From Spirochaetia bacterium (GTDB lineage: Bacteria; Spirochaetota; Spirochaetia; SZUA-6; Bin103), in the NCBI GenBank assembly GCA_965208575.1, contig CBDBOV010000003.1, positions 352,001-416,000 of the forward strand: 64,000 nt of DNA, in the 5' to 3' direction. A model generated the notes under the pieces. It had not been told where the DNA came from, did no database searches, and saw only the letters and a program-made list of their open reading frames with translations. Positions 20,293 to 29,870 of the stretch are shown one piece after another. Every line of letters begins with the position of its first letter. Position 1 is the first letter of the stretch. The position numbers were made by a program, and so were the translations under genes.

Positions 20293-20435
20293 CTAGGGTG
20301 GGACGCAGGGACGCGTGGGAGGAGTGGCCGCATGAGTGCGCACCGGAATGGATGCAGCAGCGGATCGCGGATCGAGTGGATGAGTGTGGTATGAGGACGA
20401 TACTTCGCGTCGCGTGTGCGGTTAGGGCCAACCCA

Positions 20436-20948
20436 ATGGCGTACACCGGTTCGCGCATTGGTGTTGGAGTTGGCGTGCTCGTGGCGGTGGCGGCTGCGTT
20501 GGCGTCGTGCGCCGAACCGGTCCAACTGAGCGTCTGGGTTCATCGTTCGGAGCTGCTCGGCGATTACGCCAACCCGCCCCTCTGGGAGTGGAGCGTGGGC
20601 GCGGGCGCCGGGGTCGCCGTCTTGGAGGCGTCGTTCGACGGTGGGCCGTATCGACCCCTGCATCCATCGACACGGGCGTTCCGCCCATCACGGCCTCTCG
20701 CGCCGGGAATTCACAGGCTCTCGGTCCGCGTAAGGACGGCGGGCGCATTCCCTTCGACGAATGAGTCAGCCGCGGTGGCGCGCGTGGTGGAAACGCCGGG
20801 TGTGCAACCGGTCCCGGACGATCCGTGCTATGCGCCGGGGGCGAGTCGGTCCGGATGTGGCGGAGTAGACTCCGGCCAGTGGCCACTGCGGCAGATACGG
20901 TTGCCGCTTTCGTGGCAGGCGATGGCCGGCGTCCGGCCCACCGAGTGA
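20436..20948 (+). pseudogene. Lipoprotein; probable truncated S8 (subtilisin-like) peptidase
   Basis: Lipobox ALASC; PDDPCY...QWPLRQIRLPLSW resembles the start of mature subtilases but the ORF stops before any D-T/S-G motif. Confidence 0.5.
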
Positions 20949-21034
20949 GGTGCGCCACCGGCGCGGGCTGCGGGATCGACCGGTGCGAGCGGGCGGTAAC
21001 GCGTCGGCCGACGATGCCGGCGGGTTACTCCCGG

Positions 21035-21511
21035 CTACGGGATGAGGGCCGCCATTACACGCTGCAGGATCGGGATCAGCACCGCCGCGCCGCCCAGCAC
21101 GGCCAGGATCCAGCGCGTCTGGACAGTGATTTCCTTGCGGACGTCGGCGATCTCCTTGCGGACGTCGGTGATCTCCTTGCCGAGATTCACACTCACCGCG
21201 GCAATTTCCTTGCGGACGTCGGTGATCTCGTTGCCGAGATCCACCCTCACCGCGACGATCTCCTTGCGAACCTCGGTGATCTCGTTGCCGAGATCCACCC
21301 TCACGGCGGCGATCTCCGCGTTCGTTCGCTTTTCCGACTCCGCTACGTGACGCAGAAACCGCTCCTCCAGGACCTGGAGCAGTTGCTCCTTCTGCACTTC
21401 GCGCCGTTCTTCCTGATCGGATTCGATGTGGCGCAACATCTCGACCAACGACTCGGTCGCTGCTTCTCCGAGGCGCTCCTGCAACGGACGTGGCACGGAC
21501 AGCACTGCCAT
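21035..21511 (-). CDS. Coiled-coil protein with C-terminal membrane anchor (LA_3696/DUF1640/Bdr-like)
   Basis: VPRPLQERLGEAATESLVEML head, 18-aa repeats AVRVDLGNEITEVRKEI, terminal QTRWILAVLGG helix. Confidence 0.75.
   Translation of the reverse strand: MAVLSVPRPLQERLGEAATESLVEMLRHIESDQEERREVQKEQLLQVLEERFLRHVAESEKRTNAEIAAVRVDLGNEITEVRKEIVAVRVDLGNEITDVRKEIAAVSVNLGKEITDVRKEIADVRKEITVQTRWILAVLGGAAVLIPILQRVMAALIP
21130..21316 (-). repeat. 54-bp (18-aa) and 21-bp (7-aa) coding tandem repeats
   Basis: Repeated TCCTTGCGGACGTCGGTGATCTC / TTGCCGAGATCCACCCTCAC units. Confidence 0.85.
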
Positions 21512-21672
21512 GACTCAAACTACCCGCTTCCCACTGTACCGGGGTCGGCGAAGATGGTCCATCGCTCGCGCCTGGTAGTACGTGGGCATTGCCCGCGCGG
21601 TCGTTTGGCTGGTAGACTGCGTTCGCACGCATACCCGGACGAGGTGTGCGGTATTGAGGGGCATCCAATTCC

Positions 21673-21987
21673 ATGTTGAAAAAGAGAGTCGAGGGAATCG
21701 TACACGGGGCAACCGACGTGGTTGCCGGAGCGCTGGACGCGCGGGCGAATTCGATTTCGGTGCGGCCCGACGACGAGTGCCTGATGCGGATCGACGAGCT
21801 GGTGGAGGCGGAGGTGTTCTCGGACCGTTCGTCGGCGACCACCTTTCTCGTTACCGAGGGCATCAAGGCCAATGCCGAGATGTTCGCCAAGATTCAGGAC
21901 GGATTCGCGGAGATTCGCCGGGTAAAGGAGCAGTTGCGCAACCTGCGCGGCGCCGATACGGCAAGCGAGGAGGCCGGGGAGGTGTAG
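21673..21987 (+). CDS. Small ribbon-helix-helix (CopG-like) protein with coiled-coil tail
   Basis: SISVRPDDECLMRIDELVEAEVFSDRSSATTFLVTEG fits a beta-alpha-alpha pattern; GAGGGG RBS. Confidence 0.6.
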   Translation: MLKKRVEGIVHGATDVVAGALDARANSISVRPDDECLMRIDELVEAEVFSDRSSATTFLVTEGIKANAEMFAKIQDGFAEIRRVKEQLRNLRGADTASEEAGEV

Positions 21988-22089
21988 GACTGCGCTGCCC
22001 GGCGGCGTATTCCGGACGCTGCCACTCCGGACGCTGCTAGCGCCCTGAAACCGCCGCCTGCGGCGCCGCTTCCGGCCCAACCGGCCTGC

Positions 22090-22122
22090 CTAGAAGGCTG
22101 TCGGAACCCGACAGCCTTCTAG
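22090..22122. repeat. 25-bp palindrome flanked by CTAG (probable IS-end footprint; may act as terminator between convergent genes)
   Basis: CTAG-AAGGCTGTCGG-AAC-CCGACAGCCTT-CTAG; the second CTAG contains the trxB stop. Confidence 0.75.
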
Positions 22123-23069
22123 GCGGCGTGCTCCGACAGGTAGCGTTCGGCTTCCATGGCGGCCATGCAGCCGCTGCCGGCGGCGGTCACGGCCTGCCGG
22201 TATATCTTGTCCTGCACGTCGCCGCAGGCGAACACGCCGGGCCGGCTGGTGGCGGTGGAGTTGCCGGGGGTGATCAGGTAGCCGGACTCGTCGGTTTCCA
22301 GTTGGCCGGCGAGAAACGACGTGTTGGGCTCGTGCCCGATGGCGAAGAACAAGCCGCCGGCCTCGAGTTCGTGGTCGGCGCCGCTGTGCACGTCGCTGAC
22401 CCGTACGCCGCCCACGAGGTCGTCGCCGAGCACCTCGCTGAGCACGGTGTTCCACGACACGTCGATGGTCTCGTTGGCGAACACCCGCTGTTGCATCGCC
22501 TTGGAGGCGCGCATCTGGTCGCGGCGCACGAGCATGGTGACGCGGCTGGCGTACTTGGTGAGGAAGGTGGCTTCCTCGGCCGCGGTGTCGCCGCCGCCCA
22601 CCACGACCAGGTGCTTGCCGCGGAACACCGGCAGGGCGCCGTCGCACACGGCGCAGGCCGAGATGCCGCGCTGCCAGAGGCGCTCGGCGCCCGGCACGGA
22701 CAGCCGCTTGGCGGTGGCGCCGGTCGCGATGATCACCGTGCGCGCCGCCACCGTGGCGCCGCCGTCGGTGGTCACCCGGTAGGGCGGCGCGCTCAGGTCG
22801 ACCGCGCTCACGGTCTCGGTGACGATGCGCGCGCCGCTACGCTCCGATTGCCGCCGCATCAGGTCCATCAGCTCGGGTCCGCCGATGCCATCCGGGAAGC
22901 CGGGGTAGTTCTCGACGTCGGTGGTGGTGGTGAGCTGGCCGCCGGCGGCGACGCCGCCGGCCATGAAGCCCTCGTACATCAGCGGCTCCAGCATGGCGCG
23001 CCCGGCATACACGGCGGCCGTGTGGCCCGCCGGACCGGAGCCGACGATGACGCAGTTCTCGGTTGTCAC
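22119..23069 (-). CDS. trxB: Thioredoxin-disulfide reductase
   Basis: [41 protein letters not shown]. Confidence 0.96.
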   Translation of the reverse strand: MTTENCVIVGSGPAGHTAAVYAGRAMLEPLMYEGFMAGGVAAGGQLTTTTDVENYPGFPDGIGGPELMDLMRRQSERSGARIVTETVSAVDLSAPPYRVTTDGGATVAARTVIIATGATAKRLSVPGAERLWQRGISACAVCDGALPVFRGKHLVVVGGGDTAAEEATFLTKYASRVTMLVRRDQMRASKAMQQRVFANETIDVSWNTVLSEVLGDDLVGGVRVSDVHSGADHELEAGGLFFAIGHEPNTSFLAGQLETDESGYLITPGNSTATSRPGVFACGDVQDKIYRQAVTAAGSGCMAAMEAERYLSEHAA

Positions 23070-23088
23070 TCGCGGGCTGCCAGGCAGC

Positions 23089-23691
23089 TCAGGCGGAGAA
23101 GCGCTCGGCTACCGCGTCCCAGTTGATGACGTTGAAGAACGCGGCGATGTAGTCGGGGCGCCGGTTCTGGTAGTTCAGGTAGTAGGCGTGCTCCCACACG
23201 TCCATGCCCAGGATCGGGGTGTCGCCCTGCATCAGCGGGCTGTCCTGGTTGGCCGTGCTGTACACGGCAACGCCGCCCTCGCCCTTCTTCACCAGCCACG
23301 CCCAGCCGCTGCCGAAGCGCGTGGTGCCGGCGGCCGCGAACGCCTCCTTGAAGCCGTCGAAGCTGCCGCACGCGGCGTTGATGGCGTTGGCAAGTGCGCC
23401 GCTCGGCTCGCCGCCGCCGCCGGGGCCCATCACGGACCAGAACAGCGAGTGGTTGGCGTGGCCGCCGCCGTTGTTCTGCACCGCGGTGCGGATATCGGCC
23501 GGCACCTGGGAGATATCGCGCATCAGCTTGTCGATGTCCCAGCTCTCGAACTCGGTGCCGGCGACCGCCGCGTTGAGATTGGTCACGTAGGTGGCGTGGT
23601 GCTTGTCATGGTGGATGGTCATGGTCTGCGCATCGATATGCGGCTCCAGAGCATCGTAAGCGTAGGGCAGGGGAGGGGTCTCGAAGGCCAT
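23089..23691 (-). CDS. sodA: Superoxide dismutase (Mn-type signature)
   Basis: [31 protein letters not shown]. Confidence 0.93.
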   Translation of the reverse strand: MAFETPPLPYAYDALEPHIDAQTMTIHHDKHHATYVTNLNAAVAGTEFESWDIDKLMRDISQVPADIRTAVQNNGGGHANHSLFWSVMGPGGGGEPSGALANAINAACGSFDGFKEAFAAAGTTRFGSGWAWLVKKGEGGVAVYSTANQDSPLMQGDTPILGMDVWEHAYYLNYQNRRPDYIAAFFNVINWDAVAERFSA

Positions 23692-23742
23692 GTGTTACTC
23701 CTTGTAACGCGTAGTTTATGAAGTGGGATTAACCTCACCGGC

Positions 23743-23771
23743 AAAGTACTATCGGCCCCCAAGGGGGTCAA
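23743..23771 (-). promoter_or_regulatory. Putative sigma70 promoter of sodA-trxB
   Basis: TTGACC-N17-TACTTT on the minus strand, with a CCCCCTTGGGGG inverted repeat overlapping the spacer. Confidence 0.5.
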
Positions 23772-23860
23772 CCGCGCGCCCGCGGGCCCGCGCGCCGGGG
23801 CCTGCCGCGTGCGGCGCCGAGCCCTCACTCGGGTGGCGCGAGATTGCGCGGGTGGCGGGG

Positions 23861-24898
23861 TCAGCGCGCGGCGCTCAGTTGCGGCTCGCGATGCCGTCCC
23901 GGTGTTCGCCCCGTGCGGTCGCCGCGCTGCGCCAGGTGGCGCGCCACGATCGCCCGCGCGTCGGCCAGGTCTGCGCATTCCATCAAGGCCACGCGCAACG
24001 CCCGGGTGTCGGGAAAGCCTGCCAGGTAGGCCTTGAAGTGGCGGCGCATCTCCACGAACGGGCGCACCTCGCCGAGCAGGCGGTCGAACAGGGCGGCATG
24101 CTCCAGCATCGTTTCGAGCACCCGCTCCAGTCCCAGCTCGCGCTTGCGTACGGTGGGGTGAAACAGCCACGGATTGCCGAATATGGCGCGTCCGAGCATG
24201 ACGCCGTCGGCGCCGGTCTGCGCGGCAAGCTCGCGGCCGTGGGCGGGGTCGCGCACGTCGCCGTTGCCGATGATCGGCACGCCGCTGCCGCGCGCCTGGC
24301 GGACGGCGCGCGCGATGGCATCCCAGTGCGCGGCGGTGTTGGACAGCTCGCGTACGGTGCGGGCGTGCAGGGTGATTGCCGCCGGTCGCAACTCCAGCAG
24401 TACCGCGAGCCACTCCTCGAGTATGTCGCGCGCTATGCCGAGGCGGGTCTTGATCGATACCGGGAGGCCGCCGGCGCCCTCGCGCGCGGCGGCGTAGATC
24501 TCGCGCATGCGCGCCGGGTCGCCGATCAGCGCGGCGCCGGCGCCCTGGCGGAGCACGCGCCGGTCCGGGCAGCCGGTGTTGATGTCGATGCCGTCGAAAC
24601 CGAGCTCCCGCGCCAGTTGCGCGCAGCGGTAGAACGGCTCCGGGCGCGGTCCGAAGAACTGCACCACCAGCGGCCGTTCGCTCTCATGGTAGGTAAGTTC
24701 CGCCAGCAGCCGGTCGCGCCCGCGCGAGCACAGGCCTTCGCAGGAGGTGAACTCGGTCATCATCAGGTGCGGCCGCCCGCAGCGCGCGATGATCTGCCGG
24801 AACGCCGTGTCGGTGACGTTGGCCATCGGCGCGAGCAGCATCATCGGCCGCGGCAGGGTGTCCCAGAAACTCGGCGGAGGAACGGCGTTGACTTGCAC
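23861..24898 (-). CDS. tRNA-dihydrouridine synthase (Dus family)
   Basis: LAPMANVTD, DINTGCP, SIKTRLG, TLHART, IGNGDV, VMLGRAIFGNPW. Confidence 0.93.
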   Translation of the reverse strand: MQVNAVPPPSFWDTLPRPMMLLAPMANVTDTAFRQIIARCGRPHLMMTEFTSCEGLCSRGRDRLLAELTYHESERPLVVQFFGPRPEPFYRCAQLARELGFDGIDINTGCPDRRVLRQGAGAALIGDPARMREIYAAAREGAGGLPVSIKTRLGIARDILEEWLAVLLELRPAAITLHARTVRELSNTAAHWDAIARAVRQARGSGVPIIGNGDVRDPAHGRELAAQTGADGVMLGRAIFGNPWLFHPTVRKRELGLERVLETMLEHAALFDRLLGEVRPFVEMRRHFKAYLAGFPDTRALRVALMECADLADARAIVARHLAQRGDRTGRTPGRHREPQLSAAR

Positions 24899-24915
24899 GG
24901 CGCCTCAACCTACGT

Positions 24916-25926
24916 TTGTTGGTGCCCGTGGGTCCAGAGTCAAGCGAAACGACAGCAACGACCGCAGCCCCGGCGGTTGTTCCCACCGCCGCGGCGGACA
25001 CCGCCTACCGGCGCAAGCCCGAGTGGCTGCGTACCCGTCCCGCGGCCAGCGAGGAATTCGGGGCGGTGCGGCGCCTGATGCGCGCCAAGGCGCTCACCAC
25101 GGTGTGCGAGGAGGCGCGCTGCCCCAACATCCACGAGTGCTGGGGTACCCACGGCACCGCCACGTTCATGATCCTGGGCAGTGTCTGCACGCGCCGCTGC
25201 CGGTTCTGCTCGGTGGCTACCGGCCTGCCGACCGAGCTGGACCTGGATGAGCCACGGCGGTTGGCCGAGGCGGTCGCCGAGATGGGGCTGCGCCACGTCG
25301 TGGTGACCATGGTGAACCGCGACGACCTTGCGGACGGCGGCGCCGGGGTGTGCGCGGCAACGGTGGCCGCGATCCGCGCCGCCTCGCGCTGCAGCGTGGA
25401 GCTGCTCACCTCCGACTTCGGCGGCGACGCAGCGGCCATCGCCACCGTGGTGCGCGCCGCGCCGGAGGTGCTGTCGCACAACGTGGAGACGGTGCGCCGC
25501 CTGACGCCGCGGGTGCGTTCCCATTCCCGCTACGACCGTTCCCTCCGTTTCCTGGAGACCGCGCATCGCCTCGCTCCCCACCTGCTGGTCAAGTCCAGCC
25601 TGATGGTGGGGCTCGGCGAAACGGCCGAGGAGGTGCGCGCGACGCTGCGCGACCTGCGTTCGGTCGGCGTGTCGATCGTCAACATCGGCCAGTACCTGCA
25701 GCCCACCGCGCAACAGCTCTCGGTGGTACGCTACTGGCACCCACGGGAGTTCGCCGACCTGCGCCGCGCGGCGCGGGCCATGGGATTCATGCACTGCGAG
25801 GCGGGGCCGTTCGTGCGCTCCTCCTACCACGCCGGCGAACAACTCGCGGGCCTGGCGGCGCGCCACTCCGGCGCCACGTTCAACGGCGCCGGCCCGCCGT
25901 CAGATAGCGGAGCGTCCTCGCGGTAG
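24916..25926 (+). CDS. lipA: Lipoyl synthase
   Basis: CEEARCPNIHEC, CTRRCRFC, GQYLQP, VRSSYHA. Confidence 0.96.
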   Translation: MLVPVGPESSETTATTAAPAVVPTAAADTAYRRKPEWLRTRPAASEEFGAVRRLMRAKALTTVCEEARCPNIHECWGTHGTATFMILGSVCTRRCRFCSVATGLPTELDLDEPRRLAEAVAEMGLRHVVVTMVNRDDLADGGAGVCAATVAAIRAASRCSVELLTSDFGGDAAAIATVVRAAPEVLSHNVETVRRLTPRVRSHSRYDRSLRFLETAHRLAPHLLVKSSLMVGLGETAEEVRATLRDLRSVGVSIVNIGQYLQPTAQQLSVVRYWHPREFADLRRAARAMGFMHCEAGPFVRSSYHAGEQLAGLAARHSGATFNGAGPPSDSGASSR

Positions 25927-25954
25927 CAGGCAGACGCACCTGCGACCCGGGCCG

Positions 25955-26890
25955 TCAGCCGGCAAACAACCAGGCGTCGGCGAGCACGATGACGAGCAGG
26001 GCCGGGAGGTAGAGTACTGACGCGCGCAGCAGCCGGCGGGCGCTGTCCTGGTCGCGACGGCGGGCGAACGAGATTCCGGCCGCCAGGTAGAGCAGCCCGA
26101 TCACCAGGGCGCCGGCGGCGTAGGCGGCGCCGGCCGTGCCGGCGGCGGTGAGCGACATCGACACCGGGATCAGTACCGCCAGAAACACGATTACCTGAGT
26201 GGTCAGAAATCGGCCGCCGGCGCCGACATCGCTGGCCATCTTCAGGCCGGCGCGGCGGTAGTCGTCGCGGTAGGTCCAGGCGATGGCGTAGAAGTGCGGA
26301 TGCTGCCAGAGGAACAGGACGGCGAACAGAATCCAGGCGCCGGCCTGCACGCCGCCGGTGGCGGCGGACCAGCCGATCAGCGGCGGCAGGGCGCCGGGAA
26401 TGGCGCCGAGCGGGGTGTTCAGCCAGGAGCGGCGCTTCATCGGCGTGTACACCAGCAGGTAGAGCAGCGCCGCGAGTGCGCCGATCAGCGCCGGCAGCAG
26501 GCCGCCGCCGCGCCACAGCAGGAGGGCGCCGGCGGCCAGCAGCAGCGCTCCGAAGCAGGCCGCGGCGCGGCGCGACACCGCACCGCGCGGCAGCGCGCGC
26601 CGGCGGGTGCGCTCCATGCGCGCGTCCACCTCGTGCTCGAGCACGTTGTTGAGGACACCGGAACCGGCGGACAGCAGGGCGGTACCGATCAGCACAAGCG
26701 CCAGCACCGCACCGCCGTCCGGCGCCGCGCCGGCCGCTCCGTAGCCGAGCGCCGTGGCGGCCACCACCATCAGCACGATGCGCTCCTTGACCAGGGAGCG
26801 CAGTGCCCCGAACCGGGACCACGTGGCGGCGCGCAGCCCGGCGTGGCCGCCGGTGGCGGCGCGCGGCGCCGGGGTGGGGGCGCCGGTCAT
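25955..26890 (-). CDS. cyoE: Protoheme IX farnesyltransferase (heme O synthase)
   Basis: DARMERTRRRALP, YTPMKR, GAIPGALPPLIGW, LWQHPHFYAIA. Confidence 0.93.
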   Translation of the reverse strand: MTGAPTPAPRAATGGHAGLRAATWSRFGALRSLVKERIVLMVVAATALGYGAAGAAPDGGAVLALVLIGTALLSAGSGVLNNVLEHEVDARMERTRRRALPRGAVSRRAAACFGALLLAAGALLLWRGGGLLPALIGALAALLYLLVYTPMKRRSWLNTPLGAIPGALPPLIGWSAATGGVQAGAWILFAVLFLWQHPHFYAIAWTYRDDYRRAGLKMASDVGAGGRFLTTQVIVFLAVLIPVSMSLTAAGTAGAAYAAGALVIGLLYLAAGISFARRRDQDSARRLLRASVLYLPALLVIVLADAWLFAG

Positions 26891-27088
26891 GGCCGTTGCT
26901 CCACGGCAGCGGCGGCGTGCCGCAACGCGAAGGACGCGGCCCGGCAGCGGGGCACACCGCCACCGCGGGCGCCGGCCATGGCGTTCACGAGACGCGCCGC
27001 AACCTCACGGCACTGTCCCTGGTATCGCGACCGGTTGCCTGTGCGCCGACAAGGCGCGTGCGTGCAGCGGCATGCAGGCAACCTGAGT

Positions 27089-27317
27089 GGGCTACCCATG
27101 GCGGCGCGGTTGCGTGGGCGCGGCGGATGGCGTTCGTGCCGGAAGCGGGATGCACCGCAACCTGAAGGGCTACCCATGGCGGTGCGGTTGCGTGAGCGCG
27201 GCGGATGGCGTTCGTGCCGGAAGCGGCATGCAGCGCAACCTGGAACGGCTACCCATGGCGGCGCGGTTGAGTGAGCGCGGCGGATGGCGTTCGTGCCGGA
27301 AGCGGGAAGCACCGCAA
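27089..27317. repeat. Three ~78-79-bp tandem repeats; the last overlaps the 3' end of ctaA
   Basis: Units begin GGCTACCCATGGCGG at about 27089, 27167 and 27246; degenerate partial copy at 27061-27088. Confidence 0.9.
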
Positions 27318-28286
27318 AAGGAACAGCAGCGAGACGGCGAGCAGCGCCGCACCAAGCAGGACGTGGAAGCTGGCCAGCGCCGGGGAGCGCGCGGTGAGCA
27401 CGGTGAGCACGCCGAGCAGGGCCTGCAGCACGGTCGCCGTGTTGATCCACTTCAGCAGCCGCCGTGCGGTCGGAAAACCGCCGCTGCGGTAGACGGCGCG
27501 GTTGGCAGCGACCACGGCGACACCGACGCCGGCGGCGCCGAGCCGGTGGAGGAAGTGGATCACCATCTGTGCCTTGGTGACCGGTTCAAGCAACAGTTCG
27601 AACCGGCGGGCGTTGACGTGCGCGAGCATCCGGTCGTTGAACAGCGGCACCAACTGGCCGCCCATGAGCGGAAAGTCGGGTATCGCGATGCCGGACTCGG
27701 TATGGCGCATCAGCGCCCCGAGCAGCAACTGCAGGTATACCGCCGCGATCAGGGCGATGGCGGCAGCGTACACGGCACGGCTGTGTGGCGAGGGTTCGGA
27801 ACGGTCCCGCGGTGCGGGCGCCTGGGCGGCGGTGTGGCGCCCGGCCCACTCGCGCGATTCGGCGTAGGCGATGAACACCAGGAGCAGCAGCAGCGTCTGC
27901 GCCAACACGGCATGGGTCATCGAGACCGGCGTCGGCAGCAGCAGGAGCACCGTCAATCCGCCCAGCCCGCCCTGGATCAGAATCACCACCAACGCCAACC
28001 AGGCCAGAACCCGCACCCACCGCCGCCGCTCTCGCCAGTTCACCACCAGCGCCTGAATCACCACCAGCAGGCCGACGGCGGCGGCCGCCATGCGGTGGCC
28101 GTGCTCATACAGGATGCCGCCCACCATGGGTGGGAACAGCATGCCGTACGAGAGTGGCCAATCGGGTACCGCCAGCCCCGATCCGGTGCTGGTTACCAAG
28201 CTGCCGATGAACACGAGCAGCAGCGTCGCGCCGGCGGAGACCTTGGTCAGCACGCGCACGCGGGCGTCAGTAGGGATTGTCACCAT
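27249..28286 (-). CDS. ctaA: Heme A synthase (COX15/CtaA)
   Basis: GSGLAVPDWP, EHGHRM, QGGLGGLTV, HFLHR, adjacent to cyoE. Confidence 0.9.
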   Translation of the reverse strand: MVTIPTDARVRVLTKVSAGATLLLVFIGSLVTSTGSGLAVPDWPLSYGMLFPPMVGGILYEHGHRMAAAAVGLLVVIQALVVNWRERRRWVRVLAWLALVVILIQGGLGGLTVLLLLPTPVSMTHAVLAQTLLLLLVFIAYAESREWAGRHTAAQAPAPRDRSEPSPHSRAVYAAAIALIAAVYLQLLLGALMRHTESGIAIPDFPLMGGQLVPLFNDRMLAHVNARRFELLLEPVTKAQMVIHFLHRLGAAGVGVAVVAANRAVYRSGGFPTARRLLKWINTATVLQALLGVLTVLTARSPALASFHVLLGAALLAVSLLFLLRCFPLPARTPSAALTQPRRHG

Positions 28287-28363
28287 GAATGTCGCCGGGC
28301 GGGTGGAAGATACGCTTTTTCAGGCCACCGGCAACGGCCGCGCCACGCCGCGCGTGCGAGCGG

Positions 28364-29014
28364 TTAGTGGATCGGCACCATGGCAAATGCCAGTGACGAC
28401 TCGATTTCGCGGACGGCGGAAGCGACTTCGCGTGCGATCAGGTCGAGCTTGCTGATCTGCCGGATGCGCGGCGTGACCTGCTTCAACTCGCGGCTCGAAA
28501 GGAGGCTGCTGAAGATGCCGCACACGTCGGCGAGCGCGATCAGGACCACGTCGCGGACGTCCGGGATCTGGTCGGTGAACAACACCTCCATGATGCGCAG
28601 CTTGACCTCGCGCAGGGTCTGGTTGTCGATCACCGGGTAGCGGCGGGTGTGGAATACCCACAGGAAGCGCCCCTGCTCTTCGCGCAGAATGCCGCGTTCG
28701 ACCAGCCGCGAAAGCGAGCGCTCGCGAATATCTCTTGCATAGGGAGTGATTTGCTGAATCCAGTCGCGGGTGTTGTAGGTCACCATCGAGCTGGTGATGC
28801 GGCGGAACGTGGGCTCGAGCAGGTCGTCGTCGATCGGTGTCCGGTCTACCACGAACAGACGCTCCGGATCGGTGTCGATGCGCCCTTCCATCGCCAGGTC
28901 CATCAGCACCGATCCCGCCAGCGCGAATTCGAGGGATTGCACCGGCAAGTCGACAAACGTACCATCGCCGTCGTCGAGCAACAGCAACATGATCTCTTCA
29001 GAGAACCTGAGCAT
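28364..29014 (-). CDS. GPP34 (Golgi phosphoprotein 3-like) family protein
   Basis: FSEEIMLLLLDD, LAGSVLMDLAMEGRI, LVERGIL, RRYP. Confidence 0.85.
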   Translation of the reverse strand: MLRFSEEIMLLLLDDGDGTFVDLPVQSLEFALAGSVLMDLAMEGRIDTDPERLFVVDRTPIDDDLLEPTFRRITSSMVTYNTRDWIQQITPYARDIRERSLSRLVERGILREEQGRFLWVFHTRRYPVIDNQTLREVKLRIMEVLFTDQIPDVRDVVLIALADVCGIFSSLLSSRELKQVTPRIRQISKLDLIAREVASAVREIESSLAFAMVPIH

Positions 29015-29169
29015 GCACCTACCTCCTCACTCGCCGCGACCGGCGAGGACAGCGTGTTTCATAACCATGACACATCAGCCGGCAGTGGTCCAGTCCGCCG
29101 GCAGTGGTCGCCAGGGTCGCCGGCGCGGGTGGCGCCGCCCCGACCGGACGTGCCCGCTGAGGCGCCGCG

Positions 29170-29622
29170 ATGGCTGACGGCGCGGCGCCTCGGCGCCACG
29201 ACCGGCACGACCGCCACAACCGCGACTCTGGCGACGCCGGCATCATCGCCGCGGCGACCGCGGCGCGCGGCTTCTCCTACGCCCCCTACTCGCGGTTCCG
29301 GGTCGGTGCCGCGGTGCGCACCGACAGCGGCACCATCCATGCCGGCTGCAATGTCGAGAACGCCGCCTATCCGGAGGGGGTGTGCGCGGAGGCCTCCGCC
29401 CTGGCGGCGATGGTTATGGCGGGCGAGCAGCGCGTGACGGCGGTCGCCGTGGTGGGCGCCGGGGAGCAGTTGTGCACGCCGTGCGGCGGCTGCCGCCAGA
29501 AGATCCGCGAATTCGGGCGCGCCGACACGCGCGTGCTGGTGTGCGGCCCGGAAGGGCTGCGCAGAGAATTCAGTCTCGGCGAGCTGCTGCCCGAATCGTT
29601 CGGCCCCGACAACCTCGCGTGA
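29170..29622 (+). CDS. cdd: Cytidine deaminase
   Basis: YAPYSRFRVGAA, GCNVENAAY, CAE, PCGGCRQ. Confidence 0.95.
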   Translation: MADGAAPRRHDRHDRHNRDSGDAGIIAAATAARGFSYAPYSRFRVGAAVRTDSGTIHAGCNVENAAYPEGVCAEASALAAMVMAGEQRVTAVAVVGAGEQLCTPCGGCRQKIREFGRADTRVLVCGPEGLRREFSLGELLPESFGPDNLA

Positions 29623-29648
29623 ACAGCGAGCAGCCGGCAGCCGGTTGC

Positions 29649-29864
29649 TCAGGCGGCGGTGTTCAGCAGCCGGTCGATCAGGACGAATGCGAGGGCGGCC
29701 TGCTCGTTGCGCGACAGGTCGTTCTCGATGGTGGCGAGCAGCCGGTCGATGCGCGGCCCCGCCTGCGGGTCCTCGCGGGCGAGGCGGAACGCCGCTTCCA
29801 GTTGCGCCTGGTTGATGCAATACACCGACTCCCCACCGGTGATGTCGACCGACCGGACCGCCAT
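29649..29864 (-). CDS. Small hypothetical protein downstream of the iscA-like gene
   Basis: 71-aa ORF starting 7 bp after the iscA-like stop; helical composition; no family recognised. Confidence 0.6.
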   Translation of the reverse strand: MAVRSVDITGGESVYCINQAQLEAAFRLAREDPQAGPRIDRLLATIENDLSRNEQAALAFVLIDRLLNTAA

Positions 29865-29870
29865 GCGCGG

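Noticed and set aside
27061-27317. CRISPR array
   Set aside because: Units are contiguous ~78-bp repeats with no unique spacers, they copy the ctaA 3' end, and no cas genes are present.
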